A stretch of 63,728 bases of DNA, counting the filler, from Kipferlia bialata (lineage: Eukaryota), in the NCBI GenBank assembly GCA_003568945.1. It is 7 parts of 7 records of this genome, joined end to end, with 100 filler letters (N's around TTAATTAATTAA, not from the genome) between each part and the next. Parts side by side here need not be neighbours in the genome. Positions count along the whole stretch, not along the records: positions 1 to 11,124 come from BDIP01001284.1; positions 11,225 to 22,345 come from BDIP01001285.1; 5 more parts are not named here. The stretch is one strand, 5' to 3'. The notes beneath the pieces are model-generated. The model had not been told where the DNA came from, made no database searches, and worked only from the letters and a program-made list of their open reading frames with translations. Shown here piece by piece: positions 1-11,894 of the stretch; the stretch's first letter is position 1; each line of letters starts with the position of its first letter. The translations under genes and the position numbers were made by a program.

Positions 1-1672
1 CGATCACAGCATTCAGAGTGCTGTATGCTCACCGTTACACCAAGAAAGCTCGTTAACAGGCAATGCTTTGTGGACCCTATGGACCCCGGCCGCGACATTG
101 ACGCTCAATACCCTCCCACGCATCAGCTGCTATCTGCAGGTCTGGCTGCGTCTCTGTGGGACAAGACCTTCCAGTCCTGGATAGACTGCTAGATGGCATG
201 AATTTTGATTCTGGTTTCAAGTGGGAGAGAAAGCCAGGTAGTTACACCAAGAAAGCACGTTACACCCCATTGTTAAGTACAAGCTATGGCGCAACCCATA
301 GGCATTGTAGGAAACATTCAAGAATAGATAACGTCAATAACGACTGTAGTGTGATCACCCTCTTAGGCATCGTCTCTCTCTCTCTACAGTACACTTGGCC
401 TAGTACACAGCCTGGACAGAAGTACAAATCACCTGACACTGCGACATACACCAACATGGCTCGGAAGGCCCCTTCTACCACTCTGCTGAAGAGATCAGGG
501 CTGTGCGCAACTCTGTGGGATGAGACCTTCCCCTATCTGGATGCACTGCTGGCTAAAATGAATGCATCATCTGCCGGTACATGGGAGAGAGCTCCAGGTG
601 TGTCAAGAAGCAATCACGGGAATATGCAAGCGGGGGACCACGATCTGTGTTATCTTGGTCCTCGACTCCTTGATCCCTGGTCTCTCTCTACTCCTACATT
701 TTGTCACCGAGTATACACAGTGACCTGTTTCCTTTTCATCCTTCATCTTATTATCCATCCTGTCATTACTAATGTTGTCTTCCCGCCAAATGTCATGTGA
801 CAACTGTTACTCTTCCCTGGTCTCTCCCTTGACAGGTCACCCTAAGGGCCTTAGGGTGAGCTTAGGGCCTAAGCTTACTTCTCTCTTGTGTGACACTTGG
901 TTCCGTTTTTCTCTCTCTCTTCTCACTTCTCTCTGACACCCACACACACATACTTATGCTTCCCTCCCACAACAACTCTCACTCATCTCTTCAATAAGCC
1001 TTCGACGGTCTGACTCTCTCCCTCTCTCACTCTCAGGCAAGGCACGTGCCATCCGGTGTGTGGCCTGCAAGCAGTGTGTGGTCAAGTACACAGACCATAG
1101 GGGATTCAGACTGCTCGGCTTCCGCAAGAGAGAGAGAGAAGAATGTGCTTCACACAGATCTGGCTGTCCAATGCACATGTCCTTTACTGACCTGATCTTC
1201 AAGGCACAGGCGACTTCACACATCCCCGCCTCACTCTTTGAGGAGAGGTTCCAGTCCCTGGGTGGTCTGATACAGAGGTTGGACGACGTGACAGGGGGAC
1301 TGTGGATGGTGACAGGTGAGGGGAGGAAAGACACTGTAAAGTGTATTGTGTACAGAATGTATATATACACTATTGCACACTACTGCATTATTCAATGTTT
1401 GCATTCAGGTGGAGTCTACCTGTAATACAGGTTCTGTATTTTCATACAGAGATGAACCTCGTTAATATTGTGTGTATAGTGTGTGTTGTACCAGCTGTAG
1501 ACGTCTAACCTTCAGATAACCGCCTGAAGAACACCATCCAGTGCTCTTGCTGCCTCAAGTGCACCGTGGAATACTCCTCCATCGGAGGTTTCCACCTTAC
1601 AACATATGACAGAAGAACTGACCAATCAAGTCCCTTGACAAGGCATTCAAAGTTCTGTCCCATAGAGACAGG
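1..1672 (+). CDS. 5'-partial multi-exon protein with a tandemly repeated module (helical segment ending in W, then a CxxCxxC...HxxxCP putative zinc finger); first repeat appears frameshifted
   Basis: Three similar segments: ASLWDKTF/..LDRLLDGMNFDSGFKWERKP (143-238), ATLWDETFPYLDALLAKMNASSAGTWERAP (498-597) and ASLFEERFQSLGGLIQRLDDVTGGLWMVT (1228-1315). Two Cys/His segments: IRCVACKQCVVKY...HRSGCP (1051-1170) and IQCSCCLKCTVEY...RHSKFCP (1538-1661). Each W-segment ends at a G|GT donor. Confidence 0.5.
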
Positions 1673-1915
1673 TACGCAGCCTTATGTAGTAAAAGGACTC
1701 CTTTAGGAGGCCTACATCCAGATGTCTTAAGAAAATATCGACGCAAAACTATATATCAACGCTGCCATTCGTATGTACTCGATATACTCTCACTGTCAGG
1801 AATAGATGTACACATCAGAAATCACTATGTCGTCCCATTCCACCCCCTTGTACGCCGTTGTCTCGCTGTCATAGCTGACAACCTCTCCCTCTGGTACTGC
1901 GGGGAGGATGCTTTC

Positions 1916-2776
1916 GTGCTGGTCACTCGTGTACTGGACTACACTGGTCATGGTGTGCCTACATGTGAGATAGACCGCATATCAGTGCCAGAGAGATACT
2001 ACACGGATGTCAACGGTGGGATTACCAGGGTGGGGGGAGAACTCTTTGTGGGGCTTAGACAGCACAACTATGGGACAACAGGACTGATAATACTAGACGA
2101 GAAGGCCCTCTTCGCTCTATCCTTAGACACCTATGAATGGCGCAAGGTTGCTCAGCCACCGCAGGGGGAACTGCCCGGTAGCTACCGCACCTGGACACTA
2201 GACGATGAGGTCCACTTCTTGTACAACTCATCATGGCAGTACGAGAATACGAGAAAGAGAGAGAATAATGTCACTCGTCTCTCCAGAGGCATGAAGCCAT
2301 GGAAGTGCAACACCCTCACACATATGGTCTACAGCCCTGAGACCGACAAGTGGCGTGAGGTTCTTGTGCCAAAAGACCTCGATATCTTCTGTAACACAGT
2401 ATGCGTCATACATGGCTGTGTCTATGTGTTCGGTACGTACCACATTGAGGCAGTCTACTCGGTTGCTCAAGGGTGGAGAGAGGTTGTGACAAGTACGGCC
2501 TCTATCGGCCAGTTGGCCTTCTCTTGTGTGCCGGTTGGTAGGTACGCAGTGAGCCAGCGTGCCATGAGAGATGAGGACAGTCACTGCACTTCTAGGTGCT
2601 GTGCTTATGATACTGTATCGGGGGAGGTAGAGGTGTGGGTGGCTGCTCCCCCTGCTGGTCCCAGGGTATGCGGGAGGGTAGGGGAGTGTGCCTTTGGGTA
2701 TTCGGCATTTCCCACCAAGATATCTTCTGACTCCTTCAGAGCAGAGTTCAACCCTCCTAGTGATATGTGTCTCTAA
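1916..2776 (+). CDS. Divergent kelch/galactose-oxidase-type beta-propeller protein (true start may lie upstream)
   Basis: 286-aa ORF with kelch-like blades: LDTYEWRKV, VYSPETDKWREV, VIHGCVYVFG, YDTVSGEVEVW. Confidence 0.7.
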   Translation: MLVTRVLDYTGHGVPTCEIDRISVPERYYTDVNGGITRVGGELFVGLRQHNYGTTGLIILDEKALFALSLDTYEWRKVAQPPQGELPGSYRTWTLDDEVHFLYNSSWQYENTRKRENNVTRLSRGMKPWKCNTLTHMVYSPETDKWREVLVPKDLDIFCNTVCVIHGCVYVFGTYHIEAVYSVAQGWREVVTSTASIGQLAFSCVPVGRYAVSQRAMRDEDSHCTSRCCAYDTVSGEVEVWVAAPPAGPRVCGRVGECAFGYSAFPTKISSDSFRAEFNPPSDMCL

Positions 2777-3135
2777 CCGGGCAGTTTATACCCCGGCCTG
2801 AGAGTTACACAGGGTATATGGAACTATAGCGGTCTCTCTGTCCTCGTAAGAGCCTACCTTCGAGAGGGCTAGGAAGTAGATTACGCGTAGGCTGTATATT
2901 TAGCCGCAATTAATGCAAAACAGATAAGTATACGAATGGCAGCTGCACAGGTGGATGACGTGTGATACGAACAAGAGAAGGGGCGTATTCTTTGAAGGAA
3001 CATCTCAACTAGACTGTCACAAGAGTTCAACTGAGTAGAACAAATCATGTCTGAACCCTTTTGTTTTTGGGCATGACTATTGGGGATGACGGCTCGAACG
3101 TTCAACTTCGATTCTCTTCTGCACTGATCACCCAT

Positions 3136-6100
3136 ATGAGGAGTGTTCTGGTGTGCCTTGCCTGTCTAGGGTGTCTGTCGCTGTGTCTAGGGGGTAGTGT
3201 ATGGTCTGCTAACATCACGAGCCCAGAGACATTCTCCGACGGTAAGTGTAGCTACCGTTCTCTCTGGATGTCTCCTCCACACTCACTCGACGTATCTCTC
3301 TCTCTCAACCTCTTTCTTTCTCTCTCAGGCTTCAAGTCACTGACATATCCCTCAGGCTCTCCCTCCCCTATTCTCTTTCACCGCAACCCTCAAACCCTCC
3401 ACATCTTGACCGATTACCTCAGCCCCTACTCTCCTCTATTCCCTCCACCCGCAAGATCCTCTCATCTCTCTCTCTATATATATATCTGATACCAGCCCCC
3501 AACTTCGGTGACTCCCTGGGCGTGAGTGGAGACTGGGCCATCATCGGTGCAGCCAGGGAGTACAGGAGTGAGACAGACACATCAATCGGTAGGTCTCTCT
3601 CTCTCTCTCTCTCATTGTATAGAGTGGCACTCCCCCCCCCCCTCCCCCTCCTTTCTCCCCACACCAAAAGTGATACTCCAACCTCATATGCTTACTATGT
3701 TCATGTCACACACACTCTCTCTCCCTCTCTGTCTTCTCCCATAATTCTCACATGATGTCTTTGATGTATATATATTGTATATATTAGTACATATATCGCT
3801 TACTCTCTCATATTCTAGGTGCTGTCTTTATGTACCACGATCTGGATGGGGTGTGGGTAGAGCACTCCAGACTGGCTCCCCCTACCCCAGAGCACGTTGA
3901 ATACATTGGGCAGATTGTAGCCATAGGTACGCAGTACACTCTCTCTATATATATGAAGACAGACATATTTATATGGAGCTGCAGCTTGTGCCAGTCAGTC
4001 AGTCTCTCTCTCTCTGTCTCTCTCTCTCTGACTGCCAGATGGGGAGTGGGCTGCCGTTGGGTGCAATACCCTGGACAGATACGGCCGAAAGACAGGCAGC
4101 ATAGTGGGGGTCTACCACCTAGTTAACGATGAGGTATAGTGTATGTATGGTACACACATATGGTCGATGTACACTCTAGACATGTACCCTATTTTCGCCT
4201 CTCTAACGACGCTAACCTTACACCCAGTGGGTCCTTCAGTTCTCCAATGAGGATGACTCCGCATTCGTCTATTCTGTTGCCATGGGAGGTGGGTGACCCT
4301 ATAGTTGTTTCATTATTCATATATTTCATATTCCAGCCAGCCACGTGATGGGTATTGAAGATACAGATATATCTATAAAATTCTTCCACCTGTATATACG
4401 TGTTATCCCACGTAACCCAGGTGGTGTTCTGGTGCTAGGCTACCCCTATGCCAGCAGACATGCAGGGGAGGCACTGGTGTACAGGTGGGTGGAGACAGGG
4501 AGAGAGTGTATATATATATATATAGAGAGAGAGAGACCCGATACTAAATGCGCTCCGTTAGATGTATCCGCAATAACGTTATTATCTGTGTGACTCTGCG
4601 CCACATCCCACTCACTCACTCACTCACTCACTAGACCCACTTTCTCTCTCACTCTCACTCACTCACCCAGACTCACCGGCTCCGAGTATGTTCTAGAGAC
4701 TACCATCGTGGGTGCCAAGCGTAACGCCCTGGTACGACCCTCTCCTTCCTCTCTGTCTATCTTCAATCTCTCTCCCTTTTAGCTCTTTTAGCTATTACTT
4801 GGACTCTGTCAGTCACTGATAAGGGGCTAGGCCTGATGGCCGCCCGGATCATACTATTCGAGTTAACATTGATACAGAGCTAATTCTGACTCCTAGGTTG
4901 CCGCCACTGTTGCCGTCTCTGCCGATGGTAGTCGTGTCCTGACTGGGTCTCAGTACGAGTACGTCAGTGTAGCATATATATATATACAAGCACAACACTA
5001 CCATCATGCATATATATACCTCTACCTCTCTCTCTATATATATGGCCTCCTCAATGAGGAGTCCTCACATGCCTGTACCCCTGTATATCCTTTTGAGTAA
5101 TATATATACCTATGTATATATATTCAGCCTCCTGACCCCAGTGGCCAGGTCTATGTGTATGACTATGTGTGTGACACGCCAGTGGGTGCCCAATGGGTGC
5201 TCACAACCACAGTCACAGGTAGGAGTATATATCTCCCCGTCTCTCTGTCTCTCTGTAGCCCTTCTATCTGCCTCACCCCCAGCTGACTGTGCCGTTGATA
5301 TGCCCCTTGCCATACTCTCTCTCTCTCTCCAGCTCTCTTTCTTCTCTGTCTCACCCCCAGCTGACTGTGCCGTTGATATGCCCCATACTCTCTCTCTCTC
5401 CCTTTCTCTCTATCTTTCTTCTCTGTCTCACCCCCAGCTGATTGTGCCGTCGACATGCCCCTAGCCATTGCCTCCTCCGGTCTCCCCTTCGCAGTAGCCG
5501 ACTGGTCATGTGAGTATGTTCTCTGTCTCTGATTCTCTTCTCCTCTATTTCGAGATTGGTCATGTAAGTGTCTTCTCTCCCCCCCTCTCTCCTCTCCGCT
5601 CTATCTCTCCACCTGCCCATCCCTAGCTACCACCTACCATGGAGCCGTCCAGATATTTGACAGTGACGAGGAGACAGGGTGAGTGTGCATATAGTACACA
5701 TAACTACATATGGTATAACCATACAGATATGAACTCAAGATGTATGAACTATAACTGGATATGAACTACAGATATACACTACATATCTATCTGTGCCAGA
5801 TCTGGACGCATTGTACAGATGGACATGTATTGGTATACCATCGTGTACATCTAACCCCTAGTGACATTGTGTGTGTGCAGACCATCCCAGGAGGGGGCAG
5901 GCGTGGTGAGCTGGACAACTTCGGTGACTCCATGGCATTCTCATCAGGTACGTCTGCCTCTTCTACTCTATCTTCTCTCTCTCTCTTCTCCCTCTCTCTA
6001 CTCTATGGTGTGTTTACCTTCTCTCCCATGTATTGTCTTCGATATCACTGTTTGCGTCTTATACCAGACGCCTCTCTTCTCGCTGTGGGTGCCCCAGAGC

Positions 6101-6312
6101 GGAGCACTCTCTTCATCTACGCCAGGGATGCCAGTGGGATGTACTCCCAGGTTGACAGGCAGACATCATGTGGTACAGCCGAGGGCAACGACCTGGGCAG
6201 CTCTCTCTCCTTTGCCAGGGGTGACACCCTACTCATGTCCGGTGACCCCAGTGCCGATGGAGGGACAGGGGTGGTGGCAGAGTTCGACGTGTCAATGCTG
6301 ATGAAGATATAG
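3136..6312 (+). CDS. Secreted FG-GAP repeat (integrin-alpha-like) beta-propeller protein, about 13 exons
   Basis: Signal peptide MRSVLVCLACLGCLSLCLG. Exons read FGDSLGVSGDWAIIGA, AVFMY, IGQIVAIDGEWAAVG, VLVLGYPYASRHAGEALVY, NFGDSMAFSSDASLLAVGAPERSTLFIY and LGSSLSF...GDPSADGGTGVVAEF. GT-AG introns. Confidence 0.8.
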
Positions 6313-6726
6313 TTACAACTATGATCAGATACTATTAGTTTCTGCTAGGGGCTACCTAGCTAGGGGTGGTGGCAGAGTGTGACATATCAATGATGTTATA
6401 GATATTGATACATTTAGTGGTCATTTCTGATATGATCTAGGTTCTGTTGCTGGTGGGAGTAGCTACTACAACACAAGATATATGTTTCTAGCATACTTCC
6501 GATACATTACGATGCTAGAAGCAATAGATGGCAGTTGGCGTCGGTTGAGATAGAGCGCATTAGTGACCATATCCCTGCCAGAGTAGTGCGTGTACTGCAG
6601 ATATACTCTGGGTGGTGGTGTGACGCTCGGAGTCCGAGCGACATACCCCTGTACTACTATGTGTTTATTGTATCCCTTGAGAAGTATTCCGTATCTATCC
6701 ATAGTATAGACTTCTGGTATAGACTT

Positions 6727-9296
6727 CTAGTACGTCGCCGTGAGGGTGGAGGAACAAGGAGTCAGAGGGTCAAAGAATGACAGATCAAACAATACAGCGC
6801 CGGCAGGGTTCGCAAACGACATCCAAGTCCCGCTCACACTGACCTGGTCTCAGAGGGGAAGAGGGAGGGGAAGAGAGAGCGAGAGAGAGAGAGAGAGACT
6901 ATCTCAGATAGAGAGAGAGAGCATACACTGACCTATCCTGTGCTCTGTGACACTGACTATATGATATATACACTATCGTACATAATAATACATAATGACT
7001 CACTGACCTGTCCCGTAGTCTGTGATATCCTCCACTCATCTGATGCAGATGCCACAGTGTACACATCTCCATCGTAGGCCTCCCAACTAGAGCTGCTAGT
7101 CAACACAGCTATCACATTGAGTATCACCATGAGTGACTCTGGGATGGCTCCGTCTCTGAGGGTTGAGAAAAGGAGAGAAAGCGAGAGGCTACACCTCAGT
7201 TAGTGAGATACTATATACATATATATCAAGGTATATATACATATAAGTTATATACAAATGTAACATATATTAGCAATATATAGTAAATAACGAGACAGAG
7301 TGTGACAACTGCCTACCTCTTGATGTAGAGGGGGAGGGGGATCCAGGCCGTGTTGTCCCACCCGGCATTGAGTGCCTGTCTCACATCCAGACAGCCTGGG
7401 GGTCCGTCAGAGGCCCCTGGTGTTACGCGATATTAACAATTGTACAGGATAGGATATACCCCTACATGGAAATATGTATTATGTACATTGAACTATCTGT
7501 ACATGTACTCTAGACACCATTAAGATACTGATACTGGTACTGATATATATATACCTCCAGACGTCTCTACCGTGGTCCATGTCGCACCGCCTGACCCATC
7601 TGTGCTCAGAACCTGGCGGTGAGGAATAGATATGGTGTGTGGGACAGTGAGAGAATACTCACATGTGCTGCTCAATACACTATGTGTAATGAATCTGCCT
7701 GCACGCGGGAGTGACCCACTCCATACTAGACACAACACATATATGTACCATGTCGCATAGAGAGAGGGAGAGAGAGAAATGGAGAGGGATTCTATACCTG
7801 CCCATTGGTCCCTACGCTAGAGGGGAGGCTGTACACAGGTATATACTATACATAGATTACAGTACAACACCTACCTGGCCAGAAGTACCAGCGTTAGAAG
7901 GCAGAGTGTACACCGTAGATCCCCCAGAGGTGACAGAGAGGGTGTCGAATGCACCAGTGGTAGCAGTGACACTATCCGAAGTGGCAGCACCTGTAACATC
8001 TAGGGAGGCGAGGGTAGAGTGTCCTGAGACCCCAAGGGTGGTGAGAGAGGATGCACCGGTGACAGCGAGGGAGCCCAGGGTGGCTAGACCAGTCACATCA
8101 AGAGCACCCGTGAGAGTGGCACTAGCAAGTGTTGACGCCCCAGTCACAGAGAGAGCACTGAGAGTGGAGGTGCCGCTGGGGACGGAGAGAGCGGCAGAGA
8201 GAGTCACGGTGGGGGCAGTGAGAGCGAGGTCGGTGCCGGGGGTTGCCTGGACAGTGCTCACACTGAGACTGTTGCCACTGGTGATGGTGACGTCATCAGA
8301 GAAGGAAGCGCCGGAGAGGGTGGAGGGCCCAGTGACGCCGAGAGTGCCGTCTAGGGTAGATGCACCAGAGACAGAGAGGGAGGTCCCAGCGAGGTCGCTA
8401 GAAGCAGTGTCTGCTGACACCCAAGCGGGACCGGATGTGCCGAGACTGAGAACCTGGGGTGAGGCACGATGGGAGGGGGGTAGGAGAGGGGGGGGGGGAT
8501 AGTAATGGGAGTGCACTACTGAATCTACTCGATACCCTCTTCATTCCAAATATATACACTGCTGCGATACACTCACGGCATCACGCTGGTAATAAGGAGA
8601 GAGATACCTGTCCCTCTGTCCCATCAGCCGGGAGGACAGCCTGGAAGAGCATGGTGGCATACACACCTGGGGTCAGAGAGAATAGAGAGAGAAAAATAGG
8701 AGAGAGATAGATGGGGAAAGAGAGGGGGGGGGGAGGGAATATAAGGAGTCAGGGTGGCTTCTGAGACAAGGTGTTGTAAAGTGCTTCTGGTGAAATGAGA
8801 ATACGCATATTAGGGTATACACACACACACACATATATATATATATATCTGTGTGGACGCATACATAATATTGGCCAGAACCTGCGAGGAGTGATAGGAC
8901 AAGGGCGACTCCACTGGCTATGAGGACTGTCTTCCAGGAGAGCGTAGTCTTTCTGACCAGCTGTATGTTACGAGGAAGAGATGGCTCAGACGGAGAGAGC
9001 AGAGCGTCCTGGGGGACCTGCTCCTCAGCGTCTGACACGTGAGAGAGGGCAGTGACATACACACTGGTAGAGGGAGAGGGAGCGAGAGGGAGCGAGACTC
9101 ACCATTCCACGACACAGGGCGGGCAGGAAGGGTCCTATCCACGTCAGCAGAGGACTCACAAGGGGCGCCGGTGTCAGTTTCGCATGCCTGGGTGTGAGAG
9201 ACACAAAAAACACGCACATAACTCTTTTGAGAATGCGATGGCCTGTAGGTATCAGTATACAGTGCCGGAGACCTGTGGCAGAGCGGGATGAGGCAT
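6727..9296 (-). CDS. Single-pass (type II) membrane protein with phage-tail-fibre-like motifs and 11-residue S/T/G/L repeats; about 9 exons, start uncertain
   Basis: Hand-spliced in frame: ...KTTLSWKTVLIASGVALVLSLLAGVYATMLF (TM) - LPADGTEGQ|VLSLGTSGPAW - (STLSALSVTGA)n - YTLPSNAGTSGQ|VLSTDGSGGATW - C-terminal domain ending LTATY* (TAG at 6727-6729). Confidence 0.7.
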
Positions 9297-9442
9297 CAAT
9301 TCACTCGAATGCCTTCGAGTCAAAAGCGATATGATCGCGCTTGTTTTTGTCCCAGGTGGCCTTAACCCTCAATTTATGGTGAGACGGTTCTTCCGATATT
9401 TCGTCTCTTCCTCTATGTGTTTCTGTTTGAGCATATCCATGT

Positions 9443-9844
9443 TTGTGTTTGTCTGCAGTTCATGTGTATCTGCTATTACCAGTAAACCAGGTTTGGACGT
9501 CGAATGCATTGCTAATTGATACTGAGAATGGGTTAGTATTCCCAGTGGGCCGCGTAGTATCGTATCTACAGCAATATCCGCTTCCCAGGAGCATAGTGAG
9601 ACTGGCTCCATGTGAGGATGGATGTCACCAACACAATATAGTCTTTGACACTGTGCCTGGCGAGTGGGGAGACTGGGGTATAGTTAGGGATGGGGGTAGC
9701 AGGTGGGGCATGTTATCTCCGTCCAATGTGTTCTGCGGTTTCCGTTGTAGTGAGAACGATACCGTGCTGTGGCAGATTGGACCAGCCCATGTGTACCCAC
9801 ACTCGGGTCTGGAGTGGGGTACAGGCATGCCTCTCATTGACTGA
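9443..9844 (+). pseudogene. C-terminal fragment of a kelch-like family gene (fragment or short gene)
   Basis: VFPVGR...FDTVPGEWGDWG...QIGPAHVYPHSGLEW shares motifs with the kelch-like genes at 1916 and 10104. No convincing N-terminal part. Confidence 0.4.
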
Positions 9845-10103
9845 CTATCATCAGCGGTCTGTGACAGATCAGTGATGTGGTGCCACAAGAAGGGATCTGC
9901 TGTGAAGGGTGAGGATAGTACTCACTCGTAGCAGGTGAGAATATCTGCGGCAACACGGTGGATCGTGGAGACTATGTGTATCAGCATTGGCCTTCGTTAG
10001 TATAGCCCTGCTGCCTATGAGTGATACCCACTGGTGACATAGAGTCTGTGAGAGTCATACCCAGAACATCAGTGAGTATAGATAGTCCAGTATACTTGTC
10101 AGT

Positions 10104-11124
10104 CTATTCCTCTACAACCCACACACTTCCAGGCTCTGACCCGGCCCAGCGCATGTCAGGGTCGGGGTACAAGAGCTCAGACACTAGGGACACAGACACG
10201 CACTCCTTCTTGTAGACAGGTATCAGGGCTGCTCCCCCCACTATGTTCTTGCAAGACGACACAGCTAGTTGCGCACGCACATCACACTTACCACAATCCT
10301 CCCACTCACCACTCAGAGTATCGTACCTAGCAGAGTGAGCACCAGCGTAAAAACATACTCTGACGGCTGTAGATGTATATAGTATATATATAGCACAGTA
10401 TCCCCGCATACAGTGTCGTACCTATACAGAGTCTCCCACCAGGGGATGGCGTATACGTGGCGACCGTGTGCCTGTGGTTATGTATCACAAGAACCTCAAT
10501 AGTCATGACATGGAGTAGGAAGAGTTGGATTCCGTTATGGAGTATATACATTAATCACAGAGGATAGACCCTTGGCATGATACTGAAGAGACTCTGCCAA
10601 GGATATACTACTGCACTACACTCACCATGAAGATATCCTTTCCCGAGGCGGGAGATGGACCTTCATCCCTCCACCCACCTGCCAGGGTGAATGAGTGCAT
10701 GTGTCGTGCTGAGCTGACATAGGCAGTGTTCCTTAAGACTGTCACACTATTCATCAGGTCACTGTATACTGCAGGGGCACGACCAACCTCTCTCCACCCA
10801 TATGTACCAGAGGTCCTGGAGTGTTGGGAGTCTGTTTGTCTTGATGTATCCAGGGAGTATACCCAGGTGCAGTGGCACATATCCCAGTGGCCGTCTCTGG
10901 TTAAGAACAGAGAACTACCCGTCATGACAAGGTGCCCCTCGACCTCAAAGACCAGGGGAGCGGGTCGACTAGGAGGGCTAGCACCCTCTTCCCTATCGTC
11001 TAGGGGATCACGGGAGCAGACACCGGTGGCTAGGTCAATCCTATGCACACTGTAGTCTCTGGGTCCACTGTCTTGTCTGCCACCGAATGCATATAGGGTA
11101 TTGGTGTTGTCCCCTCCTGAACCT
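10104..11124 (-). CDS. 5'-partial kelch-like beta-propeller protein with introns
   Basis: LYAFGG...HRIDLATG, HCTWVYSLDT, WREVG, TVLRNTAYV, SFTLAGGWRDEG, YDTLSGEWEDCG, LLYPDPDMRWA. Truncated at the contig end. Confidence 0.7.
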
Positions 11125-11224
11125 NNNNNNNNNNNNNNNNNNNNNNNNNNNNNNNNNNNNNNNNNNNNTTAATTAATTAANNNNNNNNNNNNNNNNNNNN
11201 NNNNNNNNNNNNNNNNNNNNNNNN
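11125..11224. other. Artificial contig linker (N44-TTAATTAATTAA-N44)
   Basis: Six-frame-stop spacer flanked by Ns; the same linker recurs six times in the window. Confidence 0.98.
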
Positions 11225-11530
11225 GGAAAGAGTCGGATGTAATCTTCGGTTGTCACCCTTTTTTTCATTGAGTTTCCTGTGTGCCTGTGAGGACTGTTTA
11301 TTGAAGTGTGTGAAGTGGCTTGGATATGAGGGTGGATGGTGGGATGCGTTAGGGAGTGTCCTCTTTCTCAAAACATGAAGTACAGAGTATGATACTGTCA
11401 GCATCATTCGACATAACCATGATGGCTCCTCTGGCGTGAGGGAGGTTTCCAGGCAACCGTTTCCTGACATCGCTGTGTTGGCTTGTCAGCTGATGATTCA
11501 CTAGTCCAAATCCCCCTCCTCCTCTCAGCC

Positions 11531-11846
11531 ATGGGAGTTCACAGTCTGCATGTGCGTATTGTGCGCCGTGCGGACAGCAGCACCCTCCTGTCCTTCAGCA
11601 CCCCTGGGGATGTGGATCCCCGCACCCTGCTGTCCAGTGTAGTGGCAGAGGTCGAGGGTGGGACTGACCGTGATGAAGGTGGGCAGGGCTTTTCACTACT
11701 CCACTGAGCCTCTCTCTGATTAGTGATCCTATGATGTAAGGAGCCAGTTGTCACACCATATGAGTTGAGGAGGTATACCAGCCAGTGGCGTTCAAGTATT
11801 ACCTCTCTCTCTCTCTTCGTCTCCTACACGGTATTGCCTTTCTCAC

Positions 11847-11894
<48 letters not shown>

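Noticed and set aside
7711..8502. 263-aa plus-strand ORF (VTxRAxRVE repeats)
   Set aside because: It is the antisense shadow of the repetitive tail-fibre-like exon on the minus strand, which has proper splice sites.
11847..11892. Poly-C/poly-G tracts (also about 20990-21065, 33510-33542, 34729-34845) as poly-Pro/Gly coding or G-quadruplex elements
   Set aside because: They are intronic or at contig ends next to gaps, homopolymer lengths are unreliable, and there is no evidence of function.
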